A DNA stretch of 62,036 nucleotides, the filler included, from Vannella sp. (lineage: Eukaryota), in assembly GCA_023345925.1 (NCBI GenBank). It is 7 parts of 7 records of this genome, joined end to end, with 100 filler letters (N's around TTAATTAATTAA, not from the genome) between each part and the next. Parts side by side here need not be neighbours in the genome. Positions count along the whole stretch, not along the records: positions 1 to 4,419 come from JAJQQN010001191.1; positions 4,520 to 12,386 come from JAJQQN010000119.1; 5 more parts are not named here. One strand, given 5' to 3'. This document shows, one piece after another, positions 1 to 10,792 of this stretch (the first letter of the stretch is position 1; the number at the start of each line of letters is the position of its first letter). A program made the translations under genes and the position numbers. The notes beneath the pieces were generated by a model. The model ran no database searches, had not been told where the DNA came from, and saw only the letters and a program-made list of their open reading frames with translations.

Positions 1-1712
1 CCTCTTCATCGATGGCTGTGTCGCTTCGAACGAAGTGAGTGACATCGGCAATGTGGACACCGACTTCGTAGTTGCCATTGTCCATCACGCGGATGTGCAA
101 GGCGTCGTCAATGTCTGTGCAACCGACTGGGTCAATGGATACGATGTTGATATGGCGCAGGTCAGTGCGAGATGCTCTGTCAGCTTCTGTGATCGTCCAT
201 GGCATCTGGGGAAGGCATGCAGTGACGCTCTCGGAGAAGGGATGATAGGGAATGTCGTATTGGATGAGGAGCGCTTCGCTCTCGGTCTGCTTGTCTCCAC
301 AAGCTCCCAGTTGCTTTACATAGTGTCCTATGGGATAGTTGGAGTTGGCTGGCCACTCGTCGATAGCCACAACCAGGAGCTTGTCGAGTAAGTTGGCCGC
401 TTGGCGTGTTCGGATGCGAATCTTGGGCATTCTGCGGTCAGAGGGCAGGAAGAGCATCATCTGCGCTTGTGAAGCATTACTTTGGAACTTGGGAGGTAGT
501 AGAGTACCTGTGCAGGGCTTCCACTTGCGTGTGATCACTGCAACCACTCTTCCAGTTGGTTTCAAAAGGTCCTTCAGCTCCTCTCGGAGCTTGCCAGCAA
601 CCGAAGACAGCGATTTGCTCTCCTCTTCGTTGATCTCATTGTCTACTAGAAGCTCAGATGGTGCCACCCACTCAGCCTCGGGTAAAATCTCGACAACTAC
701 AATGTCGCCATCGATTGCTCGATTGATGTTGTGTTTCCCGCTGATAAGCACATCCCTTTGATCTGTAGTACTTTCTGCCTCTGAGTTGCGACGAATGAAG
801 CCCTCAAAGCAGTTGGTAGGACTGCTAACGAAGGGTCCTTGAAGGAAACATCCCTCGCTAAGCCCCGCTCTGACTCGTTCGTTGCTGATATACTAGAATA
901 ACAGTTAGAAACATACCCAATGAGCGTTTGAGTGGATCATACCTCCGTGTAGACGTTCTCCTGTGCACCAGCGGAGGAAGTCATGCCAACCCGGACGACA
1001 AGGTCGACCAGCTCAGGGTGCTCTGCCTCACGGCTTGCCAGGTACTGGTCAAGAGTCTCATACGAAACTTCTGCAAAGAGAGAACCTTCTTCTGGCTCCT
1101 GATCAAGCAGCACGCGCGTGGTAAGACCTGTTGAAGCCAAATGCTCCGAATACCAACGTTGCGACTCACAGATGACTGCAGAGCGCAATCTATGAAGTGA
1201 GAAAGAGACACAACATTCCAGAGGATCTAACTCACGTCTTGTGGACCAGGACTCGAGGGAATCCGTCTCTGTTCGCGCGATGAAAGCCCCGCGATGGTGA
1301 TCGTTGGAGAAGAGGTACCAGGCGCGCTCCTTATCACCAAGGATCTTTTTGATACGATTATACAAGAATAGGTTCTGGCCCTTCACATCCTCCAACGCCG
1401 TCTGAAGGACGATCACGTTTCGGACTTTCTGTCAGCTTTGTGAGTCGTAATTCCCTCCGGAAGGTCGTAGGAGTTGCCAACCTGGTGCTCAAGGAAGTCT
1501 ACTTGATGGAGCATCAATGAGGGGTGGACAATGAGGTACACAGCTCCCTCTACGCTCTCTGCAGAAGGCAAAGTCGCTCGATCCCCGTCTTGCGCGCAGG
1601 TTTGGCAAGCCCGTGACCCACACCAGATATCATCCCGCAAGTAGTGCTCCCTTGTCACACGCAACACCTTCCCACCCTTCGTCTTCCGAAAGGCCGTGCG
1701 CGAGGACAACAT
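1..1712 (-). CDS. DIS3: Exosome catalytic subunit Dis3/Rrp44 (PIN + CSD + RNB); 3' end runs off the window; 2 introns seen
   Basis: N-terminus MLSSRTAFRKTKGGKVLRVTREHYLRDDIWCGS and PIN residues (VLQT, FSNDHH). Minus-strand translation of 1-170 gives the RNB motif SIDPVGCTDIDDALH...YEVGVHIADVTHF. GT-AG introns at about 885-945 and about 1430-1480. Confidence 0.95.
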
Positions 1713-1982
1713 CTCACCACCAAATGACCTTCAAATCACCATTCCTCCCACCAGCCCCACTTCTGGTCGATAAGAAGATGGAGGAAGGATCAGGTGTTCA
1801 TTGGCGAGGAAAGCAGTCCTAAACGGTGGCCACCTCCTCAAGAGGTCTCCAACCAGGACTTCCGACCTTTGCAAACCCTAAACCCTAAACCTACCAAAGA
1901 GTCATGGGAACCCTTCCACGAGAGCGTTCTGGGCAAGTCACGACCATCCCTCCGGATGATGAAGCTTCTGAAAATTGAATTA

Positions 1983-3075
1983 ATGAATGCCCTTTCCCCA
2001 TTCATTGGAATGCCTTTTGGCGAGCACACGCTCCTCCTCTCCCTCGAAGGGGCCCTTTTGGCTTTTGGAAACAACAGCGAAGGTCGACTCGGTCTCGATC
2101 ACAAGAACCCCCCAAAAACACCCATAGCGGTCCCCTGGAAGGGCCCGCAGCCGGTTCAGGTGGACTGGGGATGCGACCACTCTCTCGTCCTTGATGCGGA
2201 GGGCGGTGTGTGGCAGGCTGGCCCCACCAGCTTCTTTTCTCCTCCTCTCCCCTTCAAACGAGTTCCAGAAATACCTCCTATGACCCTGGTGGCTGCTGGC
2301 GATGATCACAGCGCTGCCATTGACACCGAAGGCGGCCTTTGGGTGTGGACGTGCGGGGAAGATCTCTCTTGGGCGTGTTCTCTTCCCCAACGAGTGGAAA
2401 GACTCCCTCCACTTATCAAGGTGGCTTGTGGTAACAGATTTCTTGTGGTAGAGGCTGAAGAAGGAGGACTCTGGGTGTTGGGCGACAACGAAGAAGGGCA
2501 ACTGGGACTCGGCCACACCAACGACGCTCTCCAACCAACTCAAGTCCAGGTAGAAGAGCTCTCTGAAGGGTCTCTTCGATGCCTGGCTGTCTTCTCCAAT
2601 GGAATGATTATCATCGACTCGCAAGGAGGCCTTCTCCTCTGGAGACAACTCTGATGACCAACTGGGGCGCTCTTCTGGGGATACAACAAAGCTCCAGCGA
2701 GTGAGTAACGTCCCTCCCATGCTTGATGTCTCGTGCGGATGGGCTCACACTCTCGCCCTGGACGAGAGTGGAAGCGTCTGGACCTGGGGACAAGGTTCCC
2801 ACGGACAACTGGGAATGGGCAACACTTCCAATCAGTCCCGGCCCGCTCTGGTCCCCTTGTTGAAAGGAATGAGCGCCCTGGTCGCTGGAAGACGCCATTC
2901 TTTGGCGTTTTCTCAGGAAGGCGGCCTGCTGGTCTTCGGATCCAACGACTGGGGACAACTCGGACCCAACCACACGGACAATCCCGTTACATGTCCCACA
3001 CTAACATCCATCCAGCCCGCTCTTCCTCATTCCTTCACCAGCAGGAGCAGAAAGAAGAGTGCCCGCTTCCTTTAA
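1983..3075 (+). pseudogene. Intronless RCC1/BLIP-II repeat protein with one frameshift near 2630 (pseudogene or sequencing error)
   Basis: Repeats FGNNSEGRLG, LGDNEEGQLGLG, WGQGSHGQLGMG, FGSNDWGQLG. The reading frame shifts at GGAGGCCTTCTCCTCTGGAGACAAC, where the alternative frame continues FSSGDNSDDQLGR with no GT-AG intron. Confidence 0.8.
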
Positions 3076-4099
3076 GGCACTTTTGCAGAAGTACTGGAAC
3101 AACGGACTTGCGACCTATTCAATCAGTTTGGAACGGCTCGCCAAAAAGAAGATCTTCTTTCATGAGGAAGGTAAACGCGCCTCATTTTTGGAAACTTGAA
3201 TTGCACCTGTATTAAAAGCAATTCAATTGCTTGAATGAGCCAACAAACCTTATCTCACAGAGGAGTGACGGATTGTGTGTCTCAAAGAAGGTTCTTTCTC
3301 GACCGACATCACGGTCAAGGAAGGGACGATGGCAGGAGGACCATCAAGAGAGCGTTAGTTACTGTTCTTCTTGAGCGTCGTGGAAAGGTTGCTGTTCTTC
3401 TTGAGGGTTGATTTCTGTTGCATCAAATCTTCAAAATTCCAGGAAGATGGATCCATTGGCTCTTTAAATGAGCCTTGATGCTGTTTCTTCCACTTTTTGT
3501 TCTGCTTTCTCGGAAGACCATGAAGTCTCATGCTAAATGGTGAGTCCTTCTCCTTCCTGGACAATGGATTCTGTTTGGTCTTACTTCCCAAAGGAAACGA
3601 ATCAGGTCAAGCTCACTGGAAGGAATTGGCCCTTCACTAAAACGACAAACAGGCGATGGTGAGAGCACGAAGAGATCAGAGGACTCTGCGTTCTTATCTT
3701 GTCGTCTCGTAGTCCCAATCCACACGCCTAGCTCCACAGATAAGGACCTTCAGGAGGACACAACTCTCCATGTTGATGGAGATGGAGAGGTCATGAAGGT
3801 GGTTGCCACCCTTTCCGCCATGGAATCATTCAGGTTCCTCTTACGCTTCCTCAAATCGGAAGGCTTATGTTGTGCGTATAACTGTGTGTATTGGAGTTCT
3901 CTTTAACCTGAAAAGCAAGGGCATCATTTCGACAGTTTAGGAGGGAAGAAAACGCCGTTTTTTCTGCATCTTGGCTTGGAGCCTGCCATGGATGTTATTA
4001 AAGGGTTGAAAAACAGGAAAGGTATGATATCTATCTACCGATCTTTCTATCCACGTATCTAACCAATATCTCGAGGCAATGCCATTTTCAGGTGTCAAA

Positions 4100-4419
4100 C
4101 AGGAAGGCTTCAATGGTATCTCGAGGACCCACGGAGATTCATTTCGGCGTTACAAGAGTCAAGAGCTTTTCGAAAAGATCGGGGCAAGCCCGAATCAGTG
4201 CTTGAGACCCCAATGGAGTTCATTGGCGATCGAGGCCGAACTTGTCTCTCACTAGTGAATAACTTCGCCATCCGCTCTAGTGGTGCCAATTCCAGGGCCG
4301 GAATCGCGACGATAGCAGGCCCAATTGGAATGAGCAAATCTCATTTTGTGATGATTGCCACAGATGGAGCAGAGCTGATCCGAGAAGCTGGTGGAGAAGA
4401 CTTTCTTATTGAAAGGATG
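4100..4419 (+). CDS. Truncated hypothetical ORF with a possible degenerate Walker A motif (IAGPIGMSKS)
   Basis: Open frame runs into the contig end. A hydrophobic strand is followed by GxxGxSKS. Confidence 0.3.
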
Positions 4420-4519
4420 NNNNNNNNNNNNNNNNNNNNNNNNNNNNNNNNNNNNNNNNNNNNTTAATTAATTAANNNNNNNNNNNNNNNNNNNNNNNNN
4501 NNNNNNNNNNNNNNNNNNN
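4420..4519. other. Artificial contig linker (N44-TTAATTAATTAA-N44)
   Basis: 100-nt spacer containing a six-frame stop palindrome, identical at all six junctions. Confidence 0.98.
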
Positions 4520-4586
4520 CTCACTTCTGCACAGCTCGGCTGCTTGCCCCCCGTTTTAACGTTCTTGAGGCACAGACGATTGGAGC

Positions 4587-6287
4587 ATGTCCGGTGATAA
4601 TGATCCCTTTGGTGACGGAGAGGACATGGGAAAGTACTATCCTATGATTGTCCTTTCCTCGAAGAAGATGCTCCTCGATGACACGTTCTCGGACCTTATC
4701 ATTAAGGTTGGTAACGAAACTGTACAAGCGCACGCTGCTGTGATTTGCTGTCGATGTGAAGAGTTGCTTGGTTTCCCCGTGGCAGATGACAAGAAGAAGG
4801 TCGCAAAGAAGAAGTTGGAAATCAAGATTAAGGACGGAGCCATCCCTCCTGGTGTTATCAACCGCGTGCTTGAGTTCCTCTACACAGGAATGGTTGACTT
4901 TCCCAAGATTACTGACAAGGAGATTCTGTCCTTGGTCAGCTCGGCTCGATACTTCAAGTTGGGCCGCCTTGCGTACCTCTGCGAGCGCTGGCTCCGTGAC
5001 CACATGACCATAGAGAGTGTCTTCCATCTTCTCAAAGTCGCAACTGACCTGAAGGAGGATCGAGTCAAGGGCTGGTGCCTCCAGTTCGCTCTTGGTCACT
5101 ACAACGAGTTCATTTCCAACAAGGACGGTATCTATATTCTGGGGATTGAGCTCTTCCAAGAGGTCGTAGCTGCGTTCCAAACCAACCCCACTCCTCCAAC
5201 GGAGATGCGCGCTGAGGACACCCCTGACACCCTCCTTCAAGACTACCAACGCATGTATGAGACCATGCCCTACTCAGATATTACCTTCCAAATTCGTGGA
5301 GAGACTATCCGATGCCACAGGGCTGTACTGGCCGCCCACTCAGACGCCTTTGTTAACACAATCTTCAAGGATGAAAGTGCGCTTCGTTTGACCCCAGAGG
5401 CCTTCCACAACATGCTCAAGTTCACTTACTATGGTGCGGATGAAATCAATCCCCTTCCTGCTTGCGAGTTGGTCGAGTTCTCCCGACGATACAAGCTCCC
5501 TTCCCTCCTTCGCATCTGCGAGGACAAGATTCGCTGCAGCGTCGCCTTGAACACTGTCCTTCCCATTCTTTCTATTGCTTATCTCCCTGCTGATGGCAAG
5601 CAAGATCTTGTGGATGAACTCAAAGCCAAGTGCTTCCCTTTCATCCTTCAGAACCTCTCGAAGACGGATCTCAGTCTCATCAAGACCTGCAGCCCTCTGC
5701 TCATCATTGAACTCCTCTTTGAACTGCAAACTGCTTGGAAGAACAACCAGTACGGACTTGGCTCCCTCCCTGCTAACTTCGCTGGGAGCCTGAAGGCTCC
5801 CGTTGGTGCCGTACCTCCTGGTGAGGCAAGTTCTCGTGAGCCAGTTTCCCAGCTTGCAACGCCCACGAGACCCTCTCGCGGCAACGAGCATGGCTCTGGT
5901 GGTTTGTTAGGTGCCCAACGTCGTGGCCCTGCCCCTCCTCCACCAAGGGGAGTGGATGCTCCCGCAGCTGCATCAGCACCTGTTGTAGCTCCACCATCCT
6001 CTCTGCCTGCCCCTCCCCCGCGAACTGCAGTTCCTCCACCACCGAGCCGCACCATTATTCCCCCTGCCGCTGTTGTAGGTGCGCCAGAACCCCCCTCGTC
6101 TCCTCATCACGGAGGAACAGACGAAGAGATCTCTGAGGACGGAAGTGGAACAGGCCCTGTCTCGAAGAAGGACAAGAAAGAAGAAGAGCGTCGCAAGAAG
6201 GAAGAAGCGAAGCGCGTCGCCAAGGAGAAGAAAGAACGCCTCAAGATGGAGAAGAAGTTCAAACCAAAGGGCAAGGAGATCTTCTAA
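4587..6287 (+). CDS. Tandem BTB/POZ(-BACK-like) domain protein with proline-rich and basic C-terminal tail
   Basis: Two BTB motifs (FSDLIIKVGNETVQAHAAVI...LEFLYTG; YSDITFQIRGETIRCHRAVLAAHS...LKFTYYG) followed by PPPPR motifs. Intronless 566-aa ORF. Confidence 0.9.
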   Translation: MSGDNDPFGDGEDMGKYYPMIVLSSKKMLLDDTFSDLIIKVGNETVQAHAAVICCRCEELLGFPVADDKKKVAKKKLEIKIKDGAIPPGVINRVLEFLYTGMVDFPKITDKEILSLVSSARYFKLGRLAYLCERWLRDHMTIESVFHLLKVATDLKEDRVKGWCLQFALGHYNEFISNKDGIYILGIELFQEVVAAFQTNPTPPTEMRAEDTPDTLLQDYQRMYETMPYSDITFQIRGETIRCHRAVLAAHSDAFVNTIFKDESALRLTPEAFHNMLKFTYYGADEINPLPACELVEFSRRYKLPSLLRICEDKIRCSVALNTVLPILSIAYLPADGKQDLVDELKAKCFPFILQNLSKTDLSLIKTCSPLLIIELLFELQTAWKNNQYGLGSLPANFAGSLKAPVGAVPPGEASSREPVSQLATPTRPSRGNEHGSGGLLGAQRRGPAPPPPRGVDAPAAASAPVVAPPSSLPAPPPRTAVPPPPSRTIIPPAAVVGAPEPPSSPHHGGTDEEISEDGSGTGPVSKKDKKEEERRKKEEAKRVAKEKKERLKMEKKFKPKGKEIF

Positions 6288-6343
6288 GCACTCCCAATAC
6301 ACCCTCCCCTCCGTTTCCTCCGCATTTCTTCGTGTCCTTGGTC

Positions 6344-7955
6344 ATGCAGCGGGTCGGGGCGGTCGCTAGCCGCTTCTTGGGTCGTCAAGTGACGCAGAGG
6401 AGCTTCCGTACAACGTCTTTCGTACGGAATGAATCGAGTGTAAAGGAAGAGGCCATCTCTCCTCCTGTAGAGGAAGAGAACCAGCCGAAGGATGGAGAGA
6501 AGGTAGCGATGACTCCAGAAGAGATCAAGGCCGAGAGGAAAGCCAGAAAGGAGCTTAAGAAGAAGAAGAAGGCTGTCAAGAAGGTGGATATCGAAGAGGA
6601 CGAGGTGGAGAAGAAGAAACGCGAGCGCAAAGAGAAGAACAACCGAGCGGTCTACTTGGGCGATGGCAGTGAGATCGATCCTAATGATGAGAACCTGGAT
6701 GACAATGTCATCATCAAGCGTATCCAGGAGATGTACGATGCTGATAACCATTGCGATCTCCTCAGTACGCTCTTGTCTCGTTCTCCTTGGCGTTCTGATA
6801 GATCTAACCACTCCCTTGGTGGGTAATAGAGATGAGACAACAACATCAGAAGGAACGCCGTGAACAGGGATCTTTCCTGCCCTCATACCGCTACTGGGGC
6901 CAGTACAACGTTGACCCCAACCCTTACTTCCGCGTGCGCTTCAACCGTACGTCGTAGAGACTCTTTCTTGAGATAGGAGCGTAACAGAGAGGGACAGAGG
7001 CCTTTTCCAAGTGGGGCAAGAGCGATCTGAGGCGATTATCCAATGAAGAGTACCAGGACAACAAGCACAACACGCTGGTGCGCATGTTCGCTTCTGAGAA
7101 GTACCACAACCTCTTCCCGGGCGTTATCAAGAAGTTCACGCCGACGATCAACCTTCTGGTCGAGTTCCAGCACCCGCTGGCTCGTGACATCCTCGTTTAC
7201 TTTGGCAACATCATTCACGCCGAGTTTGTACGTTTCCAAACCCTGTGAATCACTCTCCTAACCCTTGGTGTAGACGGAGAAGGCTCCCAAGATCAAGTTC
7301 CGCGCGAACCCGAAGGATTTGTACACTTTGATGATTGTAGATGCTAGTGCGTGTTTCTTGTACCTCTCTGTGGCTATGAACTGACCTTAGGTGTCTTCTA
7401 GAGACCCGTGAGCACCTGGAAACCTACTCCCCAACGATCCATTGGATGATGTGAGTCCCTTTTGAAGAAGCTCCTCTGTTTGAAGGCTCACTCTTGATGG
7501 TCACTAGTACGGACATCCCTGGAACTGGTGCCATAGACCAGGGCAACGAAGTAGTCCAGTATTTGGGCGGACTCCCTCTCAAAGGTGAACTTCCAAGCCG
7601 TATGGTGGCCCTGTTGTTCCGGCAGCGGTTCGGAAAGCTGGACTTGGACGTGGATCCGATCGCAGCCAATCAGTATCACGAGCGAGAACCGTTTGATGTG
7701 AACGAGTTCGCATTGCAGAATCACTTGCAACCCCGTGGCCTCTCGTTCTTCACCTGCGTGTACGATAGGACAGTAGCCCAACGATATGAGAAGCTCGGGT
7801 TCGGAGAACCTCAGTTCATCAGCGATCTTCACGTCCGCCGCAAGGCTGCCCGAAAGGACCGAAAGGATGCCACAAAGGAGGCCACTGCTAAGAAGTGGAC
7901 CTGGTCTAGCCCCACACCAAAGGATCAAGAGAGCATCTCCGCCATCAAAGAATAG
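6344..7955 (+). CDS. MRPL38: PEBP-domain mitochondrial ribosomal protein mL38-like; 5 introns
   Basis: Presequence-like N-terminus ([22 protein letters not shown]). The spliced product contains PEBP motifs [34 protein letters not shown]. Confidence 0.75.
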
Positions 7956-8042
7956 ACCAATACAAGCCACTCCACTCCCTACCAAGTGCCAAGCCAATCT
8001 GGTTCTGTGGCACTCGCACCGGGAACAAGTTAAGTTCGGTTT

Positions 8043-8890
8043 TCATTCCTTTTCGCCCAGTTTCTCTTCCAGTTGTTCGAACCGCTTCAGACCAGCTGCT
8101 TCCAACTACAAAGGGGTCAGAAGGAGGGAGATTGGGAGGAGGGGAGGGGATTCTTGCCTCTTCGTCTTCGACATGCATGACTGCGATCACTTCTGGGACG
8201 TAGTGGAGGAGTACTTTCTCTACTCCGTTCTTGAGAGTGACTCCTGATGAGGGGCAGCCACTACAAGCACCGGAAAGCTTGATGAGGACCACACCGTCGA
8301 CGAATCCCTGCTACTGGTGAGCTTTCACTGCCCCATTCCCGCTTGAATCGAACGAACCATGTACGTGATCTCCCCTCCATCACTCTGAACGAAGGGGCGG
8401 ACGCGTGTGTCGATGATCTCTTTGATCTGTTGGACTACTTCGCTGTCAGTCTCCTTGATGGAGACGTCTGTGATGGCAGCTTCATCAGAGATCAAAGGAT
8501 CCTCTGATTGGTAGTGTTCCATGATCTCTTGGAAGACTCGGGGCTTGAGGAGAGCCCAGTCTACCTCGGGATCCTTGTTTACAGTGATAAAGTCGGGCCC
8601 ATAGAAGACGTTCTTCACACCCTCCAGACGGAAGAGCTTCAGTGCAAGAGGTGATCGTTGTGCTTCCTTGTAGTTACGGAACTCTGCAGTACTACCGGGC
8701 AAGACTTCCCTTCCTGGGAGAAACTGCAAAGAATCCTGGTTGGGAGTCTGCTGCGTCTGCACGAACATACTCCTTGTTGTACCTACCACCCATGCCCGTC
8801 ATTTCACCTTCCTCACGACGCCCTTTCCCACTCACACCGGACAAACGAGGCCCGAGAACCCGACACCATCATCGCCCCTCGTCGCAACAT
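8043..8890 (-). CDS. NFU1: Mitochondrial Fe-S cluster scaffold Nfu1; 3 introns, the last GC-AG
   Basis: [43 protein letters not shown] (CxxC). The final exon [20 protein letters not shown] is reached through intron 8106-8157. Confidence 0.93.
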
Positions 8891-9101
8891 GCCTTCCTGA
8901 GCAAGCCCTCTTAAAATGATTGAGATCTCCCTATTGTAAGACGTATTGGATGACAGACGGGGCCAAAGAGGCCATTTCTTTGCGCTCTCTGGCAGTTGGC
9001 GGGAATGGACTTGAGTCGATGGCCTGCTGTGCCTGTGGTGCTCGCCTTGCGTCTGGCATTACCATGAGGAGAGAGTTTCGAAGATCGTGGGGTCACTGCT
9101 C

Positions 9102-10746
9102 ATGGTAGATCTGAAGAAGAGGAAGGATACGTTGGACAAGTTGAAGATTCAGCAGCTAAAGGACCTTCTTAAGCTCCATAACTCGATACACAACTGTCGT
9201 CCTCGCGATAAGAACTACCAACCTCTTAGTGGATGCAAGTCTGATCTTACTGAGCGCGTCTTGGCTGTGCTTTATCACTCTTTGGAGGTTTCCCAGGCGG
9301 CTGTGGCTTCAGGGGGGAGAGAGATCCTCCCCTTCCCCGACAGGCAACCAACACCATCTAAGATAGCAAGGTGAGAGAAGAGACCACTCAGAGAGGCCAA
9401 TGAGTGACGTGGGGCCAGGACAACTGCTTCTCCCTCCGTTCACGCGCAGGCCAAGGGCAACGCGATCGTGCCTGAGGGCAACTCTTGGAACGAGTGGTGG
9501 GAGAGTGATAAGGAAGGCTTCTACCATTGCCAAAGCCCCTTCTGGAAAGAGGAGGCTCAGTTAAGAGTCTTGCCCCTCGAGCCTCGGTGGGGCTTCCAAG
9601 AGCACTTTCCGACCATAGAGCGATCAGGGTACGTCTAGTATCATGTTAGCATACTTCCACGTCAACTGACCCATGAATCAAGGCACTTCGAGTTAACTGT
9701 GCCTCAGTTGGAGCTGATCAAGACAAGGAAGCACACGATACACTTGCGGCTCTATCAGAAGCAGCAGAAGACTGACTTGGAGTGGCTGCAAACGTTTGAT
9801 CTGCAAGTGAACCGCTCAGCGGTCCAGTTGATACGAAAGAAGACAAGAACGGCACCTGTTAGTGACCCTTTCGTGATCCCTCCACCGATCATCATGCCTC
9901 CCTTTGTCCCTCGTGCTCAGAACCAGTTCAACTTCCAATGCCCGAGGGAGTTTGTGGGTTATCTCGTCGTCCAGCTCGTCTCTCCCGTCTCTACAGCACA
10001 GGTGCGTCACGTTTGAAGGGGAATAGACACTCCCAGAGAGTTCTAATGAGCTTTGAAGATCATAGAGACGGTCCAGACGGTCAGCAAGGCCGGGAATCGG
10101 CACCAAGGAGATGACGACTTGGAGGAAGTCAGCCTGAAAGTGGGTGTTCGTTGCCCTTTGAGCTTCACTCGCATCGAAATACCCGCGAAAGGGTCTCTTT
10201 GCACACATGTACAATGCTTTGACCTGGAGGTAAGCTCTCTACTTCGAGGGGCGACGAAAGACTCATCATGAACAGAGTTTTCTGCAGTTCTGCCAGCAGC
10301 AGGCCATCTGGTACTGCCCAGTGTGTTATGGACCTTTACCACCGAGTGACTTGCGTCGAGACCAGTACTTCCAGGGGATCCTGGAGTACGTGGGGGACGA
10401 GGAGAGCGACGACGACATCAAAGTCGAGATTAACGAGGACGGGAGCTTCCAAAAGAGCCACCTGGTCCCCATACCTGATGCAAATGACGAAACCAAGCCA
10501 GAAAGCCAAAGCCAGGACCTCACCAACACACCTGGCCCCCCGACAGGAGGAAGTTTCATCAATCTGCTCGATTCCGACAGCGAAGGTGGCAACACACCTC
10601 CTGCTTCTCCACTCATATCTATGGTCCCTCCACCAGGACCTTTTGAGCTGTCCCGCCCCGCTCCTACAGGGCGAACGGAAGCAGAACATGTCCAGGCGTA
10701 CGTCCTCTTCTCAGATAGTGAAGAGGAGGAGTCCCCTTGGGCCTGA
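9102..10746 (+). CDS. Siz/PIAS-type SUMO E3 ligase (SAP-like + SP-RING/MIZ zinc finger), multi-exon
   Basis: SAP-like LKIQQLKDLLK...LSGCKSDLTERV; SP-RING RCPLSFTRIEIPAKGSLCTHVQCFDL...WYCPVC; SIM-like acidic motifs (FINLLDSDSE, YVLFSDSEEE). Start codon is tentative. Confidence 0.88.
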
Positions 10747-10792
10747 GGAATACATACGTGAGCTGAAAGTGTGCGGGCTGGGTCATTTCTTC

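Noticed and set aside
3080..4000. Genes in the short ORFs with a small duplicated CTGTTCTTCTTGAG unit
   Set aside because: The frames are broken and have no recognisable motifs; at most these are decayed remnants.
4464..4475. TTAATTAATTAA palindrome as a regulatory site or piggyBac TTAA target
   Set aside because: It is always centred in N-runs of fixed length, so it is a synthetic six-frame-stop linker.
7945..8042. NFU1 C-terminus overlapping the mL38 stop codon
   Set aside because: The GC-AG intron gives a more plausible stop at 8043, so there is no overlap.
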